Under the pieces are notes generated by a model that saw only the letters and a list, made by a program, of their open reading frames with translations, made no database searches and was not told the origin of the DNA. The position numbers were made by a program, and so were the translations under genes. A stretch of DNA of 63,127 bases, the filler included, from Choristocarpus tenellus KU-1152 (lineage: Eukaryota; Protista; Phaeophyceae): assembly GCA_964200185.2 (NCBI GenBank). It is 10 parts of 10 records of this genome, joined end to end, with 100 filler letters (N's around TTAATTAATTAA, not from the genome) between each part and the next. Parts side by side here need not be neighbours in the genome. Positions count along the whole stretch, not along the records: positions 9,468 to 12,848 come from CAXNAD020020415.1; positions 12,949 to 17,270 come from CAXNAD020015123.1; positions 17,371 to 23,802 come from CAXNAD020008151.1; positions 23,903 to 29,119 come from CAXNAD020011471.1; 6 more parts are not named here. The stretch is one strand, 5' to 3'. Positions 12,201-25,250 of the stretch are shown here, in pieces (the first letter of the stretch is position 1; each line of letters opens with the position of its first letter).

Positions 12201-12948
12201 CTAATAGACACAAAAAAAATTAAACAAATTTCAAACATCCGTTCACCAATTGTTCCATCGCTGCCTAGATTGCCTTCTCCATGGAAAAACACTTCTGACA
12301 AAAGCCAGAGATAGACACAGTAGCCTTTACAAAATAATGAAAAATTTCAAATTGGAGGTTCCAGGCAGGACGAAGCACACCACACAACCAATCATACTCA
12401 TACTCATACTCATACTCATACAAAAAAAAATTAAAAAGAGTGCACGGATATGTGTGTGTGCGTGAGTGTGTGTGTGAGGGGGGGTCATAAAGAACAAGAC
12501 TAATAAACAAAAAAAAGTTACCTTAACCTTGTCCGGCGGAAAAACGTTCTTAGTTCTCAAAGCTTACACGTAACATTACAAAGACAGACAAAGACAGACA
12601 AAGGTTACTTTACGTTTATAAACTATTACTCCCCCCAGCCAAGCACTTCCGCCCCACCCTCCCTGCCCCCCAAAAGTTAACATCCTTACCCCCAAGGCCT
12701 TGCACTCTCACCAGGCAGCAAACAAGGTATATATTATCTGCGGAAAGACCAGGCACAGAAGGTTCTTTCACACGGTTTACGTCTCCTATCCCCCCCCCAC
12801 CACACACAGCAACAACAAAAAAAAAACGAAAAACAAAAAAGAGCACCANNNNNNNNNNNNNNNNNNNNNNNNNNNNNNNNNNNNNNNNNNNNTTAATTAA
12901 TTAANNNNNNNNNNNNNNNNNNNNNNNNNNNNNNNNNNNNNNNNNNNN

Positions 12949-13000
12949 CCCCAAATCGACAAACAGGGCAAAACTCGTACCCTCTAAGATACTTTCGCTC
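12949..13000 (+). mobile_element. MITE family A, terminal fragment at contig start
   Basis: ...gggcaaaactcgtaccctctaagatactttcgctc matches the family A right end. Confidence 0.85.
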
Positions 13001-14038
13001 TTTGTATTGTTGCGCCTGCCAAATGGTGGTGTTGCGATGAAGGAAGAAGCTCTTGTCAAAGTTTGCAAATATGACCTTTAGGAGTGTAGGGAATCCCTCC
13101 GTCCTTGGGAGCAGCACCTGTATCAAAAGGGCCAGGTGGTCGCGTTTTGAGCATTGTTGCTGGTGATAGGTCGTGGTGATTCAGGCTTTGTTGTGGGTGT
13201 AATCGATTGTGTCCGTTGCTGAGGGAGAGAGTATATGTTCGTTGTTTGACAAATACGCCGTGACACATCCAATGTACACTGTAATTACTAGTGGAAGGAA
13301 AATGTCGCTTACCTTTCGCCTCTGGCTGTGCTTGTCCGTAGACCCTGTGGCGTCTTCGTCATCGTTCTCCTCGGTCCTGTTCCTCCTGAAGTCGGGGGCA
13401 GACTCTCCCACCATGCACTTAGCGATGATCAAATCGTCGGTCATGAGATTGTCCGCCCTCAGCTCAGCATATTTTGCCTTGATCATGTGGATCGTGTCAT
13501 CTTTGGTAGTCCTGCTGGGGGTGGCGATGCCAAGTCTAGAGGACAGCGCCTGCGTGGCAGTGTAGACGGACATAGAGATTTATAGGAGCATGGGTGTGAG
13601 GTCTGGATGTGAACATGGAGATATGGTCGATTGGTAGGGTAGGTTGATGTATCGGTCCTAGACCCGGTGTGAGGGTGGAACCAGACAGGTTCGTCTTCCA
13701 AATCTAAGTAGTTGGTGAGTGTTTGGACAAGGCACACCTTTATCTCCTGGCAAGTCTTTCATTGCAAGTCAACCTCCACCACCGGGGTGTATTCGTAGAT
13801 GAACTCATTCCATGTGACACGTGTGCAGTGAGAGTCCAACATACAGGGGCACTTCTACATCGGGTGAGATTTCCAGTCACACCTGTCGCATGTACCGTCG
13901 ACACAAGACTTTTTGAAACTGCCCAAGGAACCACCAGAGGACGGTTCGCTGAGGGGCTCCAGCACGGTCCTCTCGCATCTGTTTTGTTTTGATTAGTCCA
14001 AGAGCGGTTTTTGTTGTCAGTATAGAGGTTTGAGTAGT

Positions 14039-14080
14039 AGGTCAAAGTATCTGGAGGGGGTGCCGGCGTACGTTTTTGGC
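14039..14080 (+). mobile_element. MITE family B-type TIR remnant inside a transposase intron
   Basis: ggtcaaagtatctggagggggtgccggcgtacgttttt. Confidence 0.6.
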
Positions 14081-14611
14081 GAGTGGTAGCGGATCTAACG
14101 TCACTAGTGGAATCCGGCTGTCACTGCCACACTTTTAGAGGACGTAGTGAAACAGTTTGAGGGCGAGTACCTTGGTGTGTATCTACAGTGTGGTTACATT
14201 AAATTGGATACCATTCAAGCTTGTCGTGCTCACACCTTCATCCATTCGTCAGTGTGGTCTGGCATAGGAACTTACAGGAGGAAGGCCATTAAATGAGCAC
14301 CACTTTCAAGTGTGGCCTCCACTTCTTCAGACCCACATCCTTTGCCTTTGTCGCAGAATGCACATGTGCATGCGCAAGTGCGTTGTCCATCGTCGCCAAA
14401 GAACGTCCTCGTATGTACGTTCTTCCAGTTCTCTCTTAGGCACTGAACCTGGAGGTCGGTGGTCATGTAGTGAATGCAAACGCACATTCTGTGTTGCGTG
14501 GAAGAGTGGAGGGAGGAATACGGTGAGTTAGCACCCTTTGTGTGTGGACACGGATGATGCAGTATGTGACTGGGCACCCTGTGGCGGTTAGGAAACACAA
14601 ATTTACCCAAT

Positions 14612-14868
14612 AAGTGAAGTATCTTAGAGGGTGCGAATTTTGCCTTATTTGTCCATTTGGGGCTTGGCTTCCTGTGGTTTTTTTTATTACATTTTCCTAC
14701 TCCAAAATGTTTTGGATTAGGTAAAATGTATATATGTTATGAAAAGATGTGTCCAGAACATGGATATTGACACTTCCCAACAAACATGATGGCCAAAATT
14801 CCATGAAAATCGCAACATTGGATTTTGGCCCCCACATGGACACGGCTCTACCCTCTAAGACTATTTCC
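14612..14868 (-). mobile_element. MITE family A, degraded full-length copy
   Basis: aagtatcttagaggg...taccctctaaga ends; internal sequence colinear with other copies. Confidence 0.85.
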
Positions 14869-17800
14869 GCACTAACCTTGGCGTGGCCTTTGTGATGTAG
14901 AACGGTCTCCACTTCACGAATGTCGGCAGACAGGGTATTGGTCCCAACGTCCCCTCCTGTTTGAATCTCTCCCTGAAGTTGGCATAGACATCCTCATCTG
15001 TCCCAACCTGTGACCTGCTGTCACATCGGTTGCGCCACACATATGTATTGAAACTACATAGAGTTGTGTTGGTCAAGGATAAAGTTGTTACAATGATTAA
15101 TCCATAAGGTGTCGAGGGTGGATACGCGCAATATTTGTGAGGACGACACTCGCTAGTGTAGAGTACCTCTGAGCGTGCTGTTGGCACAGTGCATCTGGGC
15201 GACAAACTCTCTTGTTCGTATGCGGGTCTAAGTAGTGCATGCCCTAGGTGGAATCGTGAGATGTGACCAGATCATGGGGTATGGCGGTGCTGTTGCTCTC
15301 CCATACGTTGATACCAAGAACATGTGCATCGGGATGCTGCACATCGAACCGTCGTGAGGAGCTGTCCCTTCTCACCTCAAATACCCTTCGTCTGTTGTCT
15401 TGTCTGAGGTAACAATGGGAGATGTGGGGTGTGTGTCGGTTGTTCACCAGGATATGAGGGATCATCCAGGCATCTGTTAGTTATGAAAAAAAAATCGACA
15501 TATAGTGGATGTGTTCGCCCGGGGGTCAAATTGTGTGTGTCACACCATTGATGGTTGACAAGATCGAACTTCCATACCTCTGGGCGGTGTCTTGGGGAGA
15601 GTAGCGAGGGGCGTGGATGTCAGATACGGGAGGCGATCTCCCATCGTCATCGGCAGCCGATGCAGAGGGACTCACTTGTCGCCGCATGTCTTGCATGAAT
15701 TCCGTGCGTTTATTGGCGGATGACTTTAGTGTGTCGACGTTGATGTCATATTTTCTTGCTGTGACGGACAGAAGGGGTTGAAACATCGATGTCACCCCGT
15801 CATCGCCTATTTCAACATCAGGAGCGATGCCGACGAGGATGGATTTGTATGCCTGGCGGGTGTGCTCGGTGCTAAGATCTTTCTTTACACATTCCAGGAA
15901 TGTCTTGACTTGGAGATCAGACGTGGACTCAAGTTGTTCCCGAGCCAGCACAACCCGCAGCACGCCCACCAACAGTGCAAATCTGCTTCTCTCATCCAAC
16001 AGCCAAGAGGCAAGGTCGTTCCAAGTGCGGCCACTTCCTTCCATCTCTTCTGGACCATCATGGTTGGCAAACATGTAGAGGAAGAGATCCATGATCTGGT
16101 CCGATTTGGATTTCTTCCACAAACGAACGACACTGGTCTTGGGCAGTCTCTTTACTCCCCGTTTCCTGAGTGGGATCCAAACAAGGTTACGATATGAGTT
16201 GGATGGGTTTGTTTCCCTTTGACATTAGCGATGTATCTTCATGATGCGAAGATACATAATACTGCATCTTTCTTCGGTGGAAGGGGCATGCACAATGTTT
16301 GGTCACAAAATGTTCCACGGAATACGGCCATGTTGGATGACACCCCACTTTGAAAGCGTGGAGAAGGGTGTGTTTGATACATCGAGAACCGAAACCGCCC
16401 TGATTAGAATATCCTGACAAGGTGTGCATCGTAGATGCGGTCAATCGTGAGCCACATCTAAAAGGTTACGAAAACGTACCATGAAGCACGTAGGACGATA
16501 GTTTGTCAAAGGGTAGAGCGCATGTTGTCATCTGAATTTTTTATTGGGAAACAGTTCACAAGTACATGGTGGGTGTCGCCCCTGACACTATTGACACATG
16601 TATGTACTACAATTGACGTGTTCTGTTGAATGGTAAAGTAAAGTGTTGGATGGGTTTTGTGGTGTAAGGGATACTGAACGTTTCATGTGATGTCGGTTAG
16701 CACGTATCCCCACACGCGCATACCATCGTATGCGCCCCTTTCTCTGTGGGGGATATGGGTTCACGATTTGAGTTTAGTGATATCATCGCAAGAGTCTGCG
16801 TATACCACTGGGCTAAATCCCTGATTCTGCATTGAGTTGTAAAAAACAGAAAGAGAAATAAACTGAGTACTATGAAAGTGGTAATGAAGAAAAGGAGGCT
16901 CTTGTTCCCAGGGTCAGTCGCGTGAATTGAGCAAGCTACTAATTTTGTTGGTGCTTTGGGAACTTTTTTTGCAGATTGAGAGAGGAAGCAGAATGGGGAA
17001 GAGAAGCACTAACTGGTGTGCTTACAAGGCGGACGACCATGAGAAGCGTGCGATCATGGTTGACATACATCGTACAAGGGTAGCAATTGAACACAGGTGT
17101 ATGCATGTGAGGTTGTGATGAAGTGGTATGTCGAGAACGATGGTTTGGAGGCGTGCAGCTTCAAAGAGGTTAGTATGTGAACAGCCGCAATGTTTGCCAT
17201 ACTTTGTCGAACGTATGGCGAAAATGGCATGAGGCAAGCAAATGAAGGAAGAGCGAAACATGACTTGGCANNNNNNNNNNNNNNNNNNNNNNNNNNNNNN
17301 NNNNNNNNNNNNNNTTAATTAATTAANNNNNNNNNNNNNNNNNNNNNNNNNNNNNNNNNNNNNNNNNNNNGATAGAGTTGGAAGAGTCTAATCGAACAAT
17401 CCTAACGACTGATTTAGTCGAAGGCATACCCTAGAAGACTCACAGAAGCTAGAAAGGGAGGCGACGGACAAACCAGGGTCCCTTTCCAATTTGATACACC
17501 AATCGGGGTATCGGTTTTGCGGTTCGGACAAAATTGGAGAGGAATACGAAGTCTTGCTGGAGACCATGGAGGATAATGCCAGTCAGCCCATACTCAGAGA
17601 CTTGATACGTGGCAACTTTCATGATTTCGCGCTAGCCATTTCAACCCTGACAACCACGTTCAACCTGGTTCAAGTTACTCATTGGACAGATAAGTACAGC
17701 ATGTCGTTCTAGCTGGCATTTACGGTGGAAATTATTTGAGGCAGATAAAGAAGGGAGACAAGGCGTACTTTCTCTTATTAAAGGGCATTTTTTCTTGCCT

Positions 17801-19056
17801 TTTCTAGTTCATGGTATCCTACCCAGGTGTGAACAAATCTGTGTTTGTTAGGTTGTCACTCAAATAGGCGAAGAGATTATGCACATGAGGAACAACATAT
17901 CTCAAGCACACTTTCTAACCATCTTTTGGTTTCCTTACCAGTAGTTAGCAATGTTATTACAAATTGGACCTTGCCTCACACCGACGACAGAGGGTATAAT
18001 AATAAAATATATATAATGAAAAAAATTATGGTAATTTATTTTTTTGTCCTCTGGGGTTTTGTAGATGTGTCCGGGGAAAAACCAACAAAGAGTATTCACA
18101 TGTCAGAATAAACCCCAAAAAAGTAACAGTTTTCAATGTGAAAAACTTGAATCTATTCGCTATTTTACTACCACGTTTGCTACACCATTCCCTTCCTGTA
18201 CCTCTAACCTAGGTTGTTAGTCTGGTACTCCAGGGTGAGGGGTTATGTATAAGGGAGGCATCGCACCATTCTAACAATTATTACCTCAAACATTTTGGAC
18301 ACGTGTGAGTTAAAAAGGTAATTCAAATATTCTACATATTATTATGTCCTCTAACATCAAAAGGACTTATGTAAGTACAACAGAATGATTAAAAAAAAAC
18401 ATATCGACACTTTATCCCAGTCAATTTTGGGTCAAGCCCATCCTCGATGGAAAGCTCCATCCTCAATTTTTGAAATCGGTTGTTCACGGTAGTTATTAAC
18501 ATAATCGATACGTCTCGAAATATATTTACCATTTCAAACAAGAAATAAAAACCTCCTTTGAAGGTTGGTGACTACATGTATAAATCATTTTCTGTCAGAC
18601 ATTTTGGAGATGTATAACGGAAAAGTCAAACCTATATCATCACACAAACCTCTATAGTTGGAAGTAGTATCAAAGAAAACATCGGGGAAAAAATAGTGAT
18701 TGGTATTTCTCCTAAATCTCGAAAACTATACTCACAAGTCCACTATCATAACCACAAGAACTTTAACAACATTTTACTTCGATAACGGATATTCGGCATA
18801 TTGTGGTTCTACCTATTGGTCAAGAGGTCAAGGCGGACACCGTCAATGGCGCGCGGTTGGTTCCATTTACTCTTAAGTACCTGAAGAAAGACTCTGATGG
18901 ATTTGTACAAACCCAAATAAATTAATTTTTGGATTGAAGTTTACTTTTATGGGACTCAATAAAGAGTGAAGGTGTGGGGGCGTATGTAGACTGAAGAACG
19001 GCATGTTACATCGAGCTCACAGGGAAGGACAGCCTTGGATCTACCTAAAGAACAGG

Positions 19057-22000
19057 ATGCGCACGGTGTTTCAAGGAACGATATTGCTGGGGATGCTGTG
19101 TCTGACCTTAGGTCAGGACACACGTGAGAACGTTTCGACGAACTGTACAATTGCAGAGGATGCGTGCTTTGAAGAAGTCATAGTTCCGGATGGAGGGGGA
19201 TCGACCTGTTCGCAATGTTTGATGTGTAAGTGGGTGCATATGGAGTAGTTTTGACTACTGGGATTGGGGTAGCAAGTTTCTGACAAGGAAATTTGGCTCG
19301 TGTTATATTTTGGTCATATGATCGACTATCACTCAGAGGAGAGAGTAAACGATCACAGCGAGGAGGAGCAGTGCCCGTGCATAACGATTATGCATTGTTC
19401 CTGTCTCTATCGATCTAAAGGCGATTAGCGTGCCAATAAGCGTGTTGAGCACCCCGCCGTAAGCATGCGAGCGATGGATGAGATGTGAATTTGAAGTTCG
19501 ACTATTTTTCTATCTGGTGCTTGTGAAGAGTTTAGTCCAGTCAGGCTGCGCAATTCACAGTCTCCGCCCTTCCATCTTTGGATGTAAGCTAACCATCAAT
19601 AAATAATGTTCTATACAACTCGATGAACGTGTATAGTCCCTAGCATGTCCAAATGACCATCACAAGACCGGATATGTGTATGAGAGGAAAGCCTGTTAGC
19701 GGGAGATGAGACTTCATTCACTCTAGAGCAGGAGGTTGCTTGGGACAGGGTGCTAGAGGATTATTTGCCGAAGGAGTTCGTACGGTTATGTTCCTCTTCT
19801 CAAGTGAAGAGTCCTGAATATGGCCTTTTCCTACAATACGCATCGCTCAAGCGCACAGGGTTGTATCACGGATTCATTCTTAATCTTGTAGATGAATCTC
19901 CCGTTGTAACTGTCGACCTCTAATGTAGGTTCGATTTGTTCCCCTCATTTGTTCGTTTTTGCATCCATTACCAGTTTGCCTCTGCCTTTTGGTCTCCTCG
20001 AAATCTCCCTCATGGACAGGGGACCACTGTTGCCTCGTTCAACACAAGTTTCAACATGCGGCAAGTAGTGTCTCTTTAGGTTTTACTAACGTTCGTCGAC
20101 TTTCATCCTTCCTGTTCCTTCCCTGCCCGCGCTATCAGCCTACAACAACTGCACCGCACAGGGTAGATGTGAAAATGTTTGCCCCATCACTGTTGATGAC
20201 TTCGTGCAATCATTCCGGTGGCTGTGTGAAGACTCACCCAGTAACACTACGCAAGTCTGGATCAAAGAGTGTTTGTACCCAGACGCCGCAACAGAGTGCG
20301 CCCTACTGGAAGCTCCTGGGGATGATGATGATAGATTCCAAAATAATGAGGATGGGGTGAGTGGTGATGACTCCCAGGGTAATAATAATGGTACCAAAAT
20401 CTCGAATTCCTCATCCCCTACTCTGGCTCCTACTCCGATTCATACCCCGGGTCCTACTTTGGCTCCTTCTCCGACTCCTACCCCGAGTCCTACTTTGACT
20501 CCTTCTCCGACTCAAGCAAGCGGCGATGATGACGATTTTGATGATTTGGCGTCGTTGGACAACCGCGAAAGGAACAGCCGGTCGGTTTCGGGCATAATAT
20601 TTGGCGGTGCATTAAGTGCTGCAGTACTGGCAGGTGTGGTGGCTCTGCTGCTGTATAGGAGAAAGTGGAAGAAAGGTATGTGTGCATTTGTGATAGTCCA
20701 GAAAATTTCTGAGCTTGAAGAGCCTTAACGTTTTTCAGTTAATTTTTGTGGCAGGGTTAGCATCATTTGATGTATTCGCATTGGAGTTAATGTGTAGGGA
20801 ATTCGTGTCCAAGTTAAGGTTGTGATTTGGAATATTGCGTGTCTCAGACAAGTTATCTCACTGGGTTTTTGGCTTTGGTTTTTGGACAAAACACGTCATT
20901 GAGCTGTGCTGAGGAGGTTGGGTAATGTCAACTGTTTGGTGGGCTCATGGGCATCTCAGGCAAGGTGGGAGTCGAGAGCGAGAGCAGGTCTAAGATGGTA
21001 CTAGCCTGAATCGATATGGTCTACCCAGTATAAGCTGCATCCAGTGACGTGTCCACACAGTCCTGGTACCTCGTGCAATTTGTTTGATCGCACTTTTGGC
21101 CTATTTTATTTTGTGTGTGTGATCTGTTTGAATTGCTGTGTGTGTGGAACTATTGCACCAGTCATCAATCTTACAACCTTTTCCCCCCCACTCCCACCAC
21201 CACTGACCCTCATGTGTTCACCTGCTCTGCTTCTTCCTTGGAAGTTTATATTGGAAACTCAGAGGTGCGTGTGCATTTCGCCCTGGCCTTACACGTTTGG
21301 CGTCCCCCAGTCCTTTCATATCCCTCTTCTCCCCTCACCCTTGTAGACTTGTGAAGAGAAACCATGAAAGTCTAAGTTTCCCCCCCCTAGCTCACCACAC
21401 ACGCACACACACCCTAATACCACTAATCTTGGATTCGAAGCAGTGATTTCCTTAACTCCTCCATGCCCACTATTTAACCTGCCTGAGTCGATAAATCAGT
21501 GCTTAGGATTTGAGGTTGTGGGTATGATGAGGTCATCATTATTGTAAGGCTATGATATAACTCTAGGTAAGAAACGGACGCCGGCAACCCCCCTCAGATA
21601 CTTTGACCCTCTACTGCAAGTAAGGTGCACCTTTACTGAGACTAAAGTTTGCAAAACATTGAACCCTTCCCCCCCCCACTCGCCCCTTGTTAAAATATGC
21701 AGCATTAGCTTGACCAACTCCTCGATATTTTATGTATCCATTCCCCCCTATTTTTACTGAGGTGGTTTGAGATTAATCAATCTCTTGTCTATTACCTTGC
21801 CTGGGTGATCATAGGAAGGATGGGTATCTCGGAAACGCATAAAGATGGGGAACGGACCCTGAGGTCCTCACAAAAAAACCAACTGCAGCTGTTTGTACTT
21901 GATCCTTCAAGAACCAGTCAATTTTCATTTTATTTTTTTTTACTGGGAAAAGTTTTTTCTTGGTTATGGATCCTTTCGAACAATTCTTTCAATGCCAGTT

Positions 22001-22249
22001 TATAATAATAATTATTATTATAATCATAATTATATTTTCAATGCTAAACTTTCTGAGTCAGAAGTGTCATCGGATGGTCTCCCGCAACACGACCGAAACC
22101 CCCCTAGAGCGGTTTCAGATACGACGATGGTGCGGATTGTTCTTGGCTGTAGTGATGCGGATTGTAATGCTTCCCTCCGCACGTCGTTGTTCGTTGCATC
22201 TCCTCTCAGGGGATACAAAGCAGATGCAGTCACTTCTGTCTTCTGTTAA
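19057..22249 (+). CDS. Type I membrane protein: signal peptide, Cys-rich ectodomain, Pro/Thr stalk, TM helix, short tail (~297 aa)
   Basis: Exons 19057-19225, 20139-20675 and 22062-22249 are phase-compatible. N-terminus MRTVFQGTILLGMLCLTLG; nine Cys in the ectodomain; PTLAPTP/PSPTPTP repeats; TM GIIFGGALSAAVLAGVVALLLY followed by RRKWKK. Confidence 0.7.
21571..21609 (-). mobile_element. MITE family B TIR remnant
   Basis: aaacggacgccggcaacccccctcagatactttgaccc. Confidence 0.7.
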
Positions 22250-22943
22250 AAAGCACAAAGTTACTCATCTCTCGTGTCCTTGGCGTGTGGTGCAGTATTG
22301 ACCAGTTCGCCACTTGACTAGTTTATTCAATTCGATGCAGTGTGCTGGTCGGCACTGGTCGTTACGTTACTCTCCTCTTCCCAGATCGTTTAGCCCCTCA
22401 TCGTAGCATCATCAACCACCCGGTAGAGCGCCACGTTGGTTGGGAAGCATGGAACAACGTCACGTTGGCTAGGGAGGAAGCATGGAACGGTCGACGTCTG
22501 TCGAACTTGCAAGCGTAGTATGTGCCGCGTGAGTGCGTGTCCCCAGGTCTTTATCGATTCCAAGCTCGTTTTCTTATTTTTCTTTATCTTCACGTCGGAA
22601 ACCGTCGGTTGCGTCTCCTATGTTAATTGTTCTGTTCTGTTCTGTTCTGTTATTATTATTATTATTTCTCTCTCTCTCTCTCTCTCTCTGGTTGGCTCTT
22701 GTCACTATGAACGTCATGCATGTCGCTGGGTTAATCGGAACGAATTCACTTTGTGCTTTAGTACGCCATGACTCCCCTTCTAACCCTAACCCTACAAACC
22801 TGTCACTGTACAAGAAATCACGATCCATTCAATATCGGGTTTCAAGCGTTCTGTTGTGCAGGAGGCATCGTTACATATATATATATATAGTATGCATGTA
22901 TGTATAAAATTCAATTCACATCACAATTAAAACAAATTGATTT

Positions 22944-22944
<1 letters not shown>

Positions 22945-22974
<30 letters not shown>

Positions 22975-22975
22975 A
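22945..22975 (+). repeat. (GT)n microsatellite; a (CA)n tract lies at 23390-23432
   Basis: Read directly from the sequence. Confidence 0.95.
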
Positions 22976-22990
22976 TTCCTATGCAGTTTT

Positions 22991-23252
22991 GAGTCAAAGT
23001 ATCTTAGCGGGTAGAGCCGCGTCCATTTGGGGGCCAAAATCCAATGTTACAATTTTGACGTAATTTCGACTACCATGTTCGTTAGGAGATGTCAATATCC
23101 TTGTTCTGGACACACTTCCTTTCATAACGTACACATTTTGCCTACCCCGAAACATTTTGGAGCAGGTAAAATATCGTCAAAAACCCGTGGGAAGCCAAGC
23201 CCCAAAATGAACAAACAGGGCAAAAATCGTACCCTCTGAGATACTTTCACTC
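22991..23252 (+). mobile_element. MITE family A, full-length (~260 bp)
   Basis: TIRs gagtcaaagtatcttagcgggta / taccctctgagatactttcactc; flanks TTTT / TTTG. Confidence 0.9.
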
Positions 23253-23386
23253 TTTGACACGTAACGTGCAAGAAAAACGCCTTTCAATGTTCCCCAACGG
23301 TCGTGTTGATTTTTTGTTTGTTTTGTATGTATGTGCAGTGAAAAATCGTCGAATTAAAGCACGCGTTATGAAGAAAAAACAAAAAT

Positions 23387-23433
<47 letters not shown>

Positions 23434-23902
23434 TTTTCTCAGCTGTCAAGTGTGACCAGGATTCTGTTCACACCAACAGCTGCTGTTGGCCAGTTATGCA
23501 CAGCTCGTCGTGTTGCCATTGGTCAAAACGGCGAGAGAGGCACGCCTACGCCTACATGCCTCTCTACAAAGTTGGAGTTTGTGAAACTTCCCTTCTTCAA
23601 CATCCTACCTACGACGTTCGACCCCTCTCTCCGTTTATTTCACCTTTAGTTGTTGTTGTAGTCGACTCACAGCCCAGAGCCATCATCACCTGTCGGTTCA
23701 TAGCCCAGAGCCATCATCACCTTTTCAATTGGTGGAACGTATGCCCCTCTGCTCTCCTATCACCCACCACCATTTTCACTTGTGCTCTCTTTTTTCTTTA
23801 ATNNNNNNNNNNNNNNNNNNNNNNNNNNNNNNNNNNNNNNNNNNNNTTAATTAATTAANNNNNNNNNNNNNNNNNNNNNNNNNNNNNNNNNNNNNNNNNN
23901 NN

Positions 23903-24205
23903 TCCAAATGGACACTCTGGTGTAGCCCCCCCCCCCTCCCCCAGATACTTTGGGTCAAAAATTCTGTCGGAAGCCAAATCCCATACGGACAAAAATGACA
24001 AAATTCGTACCTTATAAGATACTTACCCCTCCGAATTATCTCACATTCTTGATGTAGCTGAACACAACATGTATTTGGGATTTGGTGACATGTCGGCAAG
24101 TTGGTCAAAAGAGGGAGTCACTTGTTTTTAGAGAGTAGACGCGTCCGTTTGGGAGGTCAAAATCCAATGTTCCGATTTTGATGTATTATTTTTTGCTATC
24201 GTGTT
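23903..24205. mobile_element. Cluster of MITE fragments: family B end (23903-23956) and family A pieces (~23965-24031, 24115-24205)
   Basis: cccccagatactttgggtc; aaattcgtaccttataagatactt; gacgcgtccgtttgggaggtcaaaatccaatg. Confidence 0.7.
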
Positions 24206-24259
24206 TTCATCTGTTTCAGAACACGTGAGGCACACGTTAACTTAGAGAAACCTGTGTGT

Positions 24260-25250
24260 GTGAAAGTGTTGAAACCTGAATCGAATGCATTGTACTTGTG
24301 AGCAAAATGCGAAGACTACGAGTGATGAGGAATCCTAGTGTTGCAAAGCATCGATGAGTAAAATTCGTAGTCTGTGTTGTGATTAGATGTGATTGTGCTG
24401 CCAAGCACCGATGTATTTATTCTGTTGTAACTGAGGCCATTAATCGCTCAATCAAGAATGATGCGATGTGACTTCACTGTTCTTTCATGAGATAACGAAA
24501 GAAGTCCATGGTCTGTGGAGAGGCTTGTTACCTTGGTCGGCAAGGGTTTCTGTGGATGGTGTTAACTCTGAATATATACTACATCCAGGTGTAAATCAGG
24601 TACACTTATTGTAGAGTGGGCTTGGTGCATTATGAATGATCAATGACAACCAAGAAAGAAATAATAATCAACAATTAACATAACGTACAACTGTCATCTT
24701 CTGCTGACAAGAATATGAGAGAGAAAACAAAAGGACAAACAAGAGAATATCCGAACAACAGAACAAACTTGAATCAGTATGTGATGCAACTCAACTGACG
24801 CATACTATTCCTGTGTGTAGAAAGCAGAACGACTGTTCTGTGCCGCGGAGTTCTGACGGTAATTGGTATGGTGATGATGAACTAGTGACGGTAACGACCA
24901 GTGCGTAACAGACCAATCAACAGTCAGTGTTTTCTGGTGAAACTGTATCGTATCAATGAAAAAATAGATGAGTAGCCTATGTTTAACAGAAAGTGTATAG
25001 GGTTGGAAAACTGTATGAGATATGAGACAGTGTGTTCGAGGAGGGTAAGGACGGGTGATGTACACATATTTTTCAGTTCTACGATGTTGTAGTTGCTTGC
25101 CTTCGTGTTGACCACTGTCGTTTAGGGTAATACCCTTGGAGAATTTCACATTGTCGAGGAATAGATCATACGACGGAACAAGGATCGTATTCGAATATTG
25201 TACGAGCAAGAAGACAGAGTTACACAATGCTTCCTGTTAAAATATGTTTT
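24260..25250 (-). mobile_element. Degenerate dispersed repeat with Ulp1/C48-protease-like coding remnants
   Basis: Aligns over ~700 bp with 51175-51850 (e.g. gcttgttaccttgg..caagggtttctgtggat..ttaactctgaatatat) and, inverted, with 46100-46350. Minus-strand translation contains THWSL. Confidence 0.6.

Larger units (their letters stand above)
13640..16200 (-). pseudogene. Decayed, intron-containing DNA transposase, Sola-like
   Basis: Removing introns 14876-14489 and 14275-13979 (GT..CTAAY..CAG) gives VYANF..PTFVKWRPFYITKATPRMCVCIHY..LQVQCL..HLMAFLLC..FKKSCVDGTCDRC..VTWNEF. From memory this resembles the Cys-rich pre-catalytic region of Sola-type transposases. In-frame stops occur (e.g. near 13856 and 13760). 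No catalytic triad is visible. Confidence 0.6.

Noticed and set aside
21460-21535. Weak hairpin (catgcccac...gtgggtatg)
   Set aside because: Short, heavily interrupted stems that are within chance expectation.
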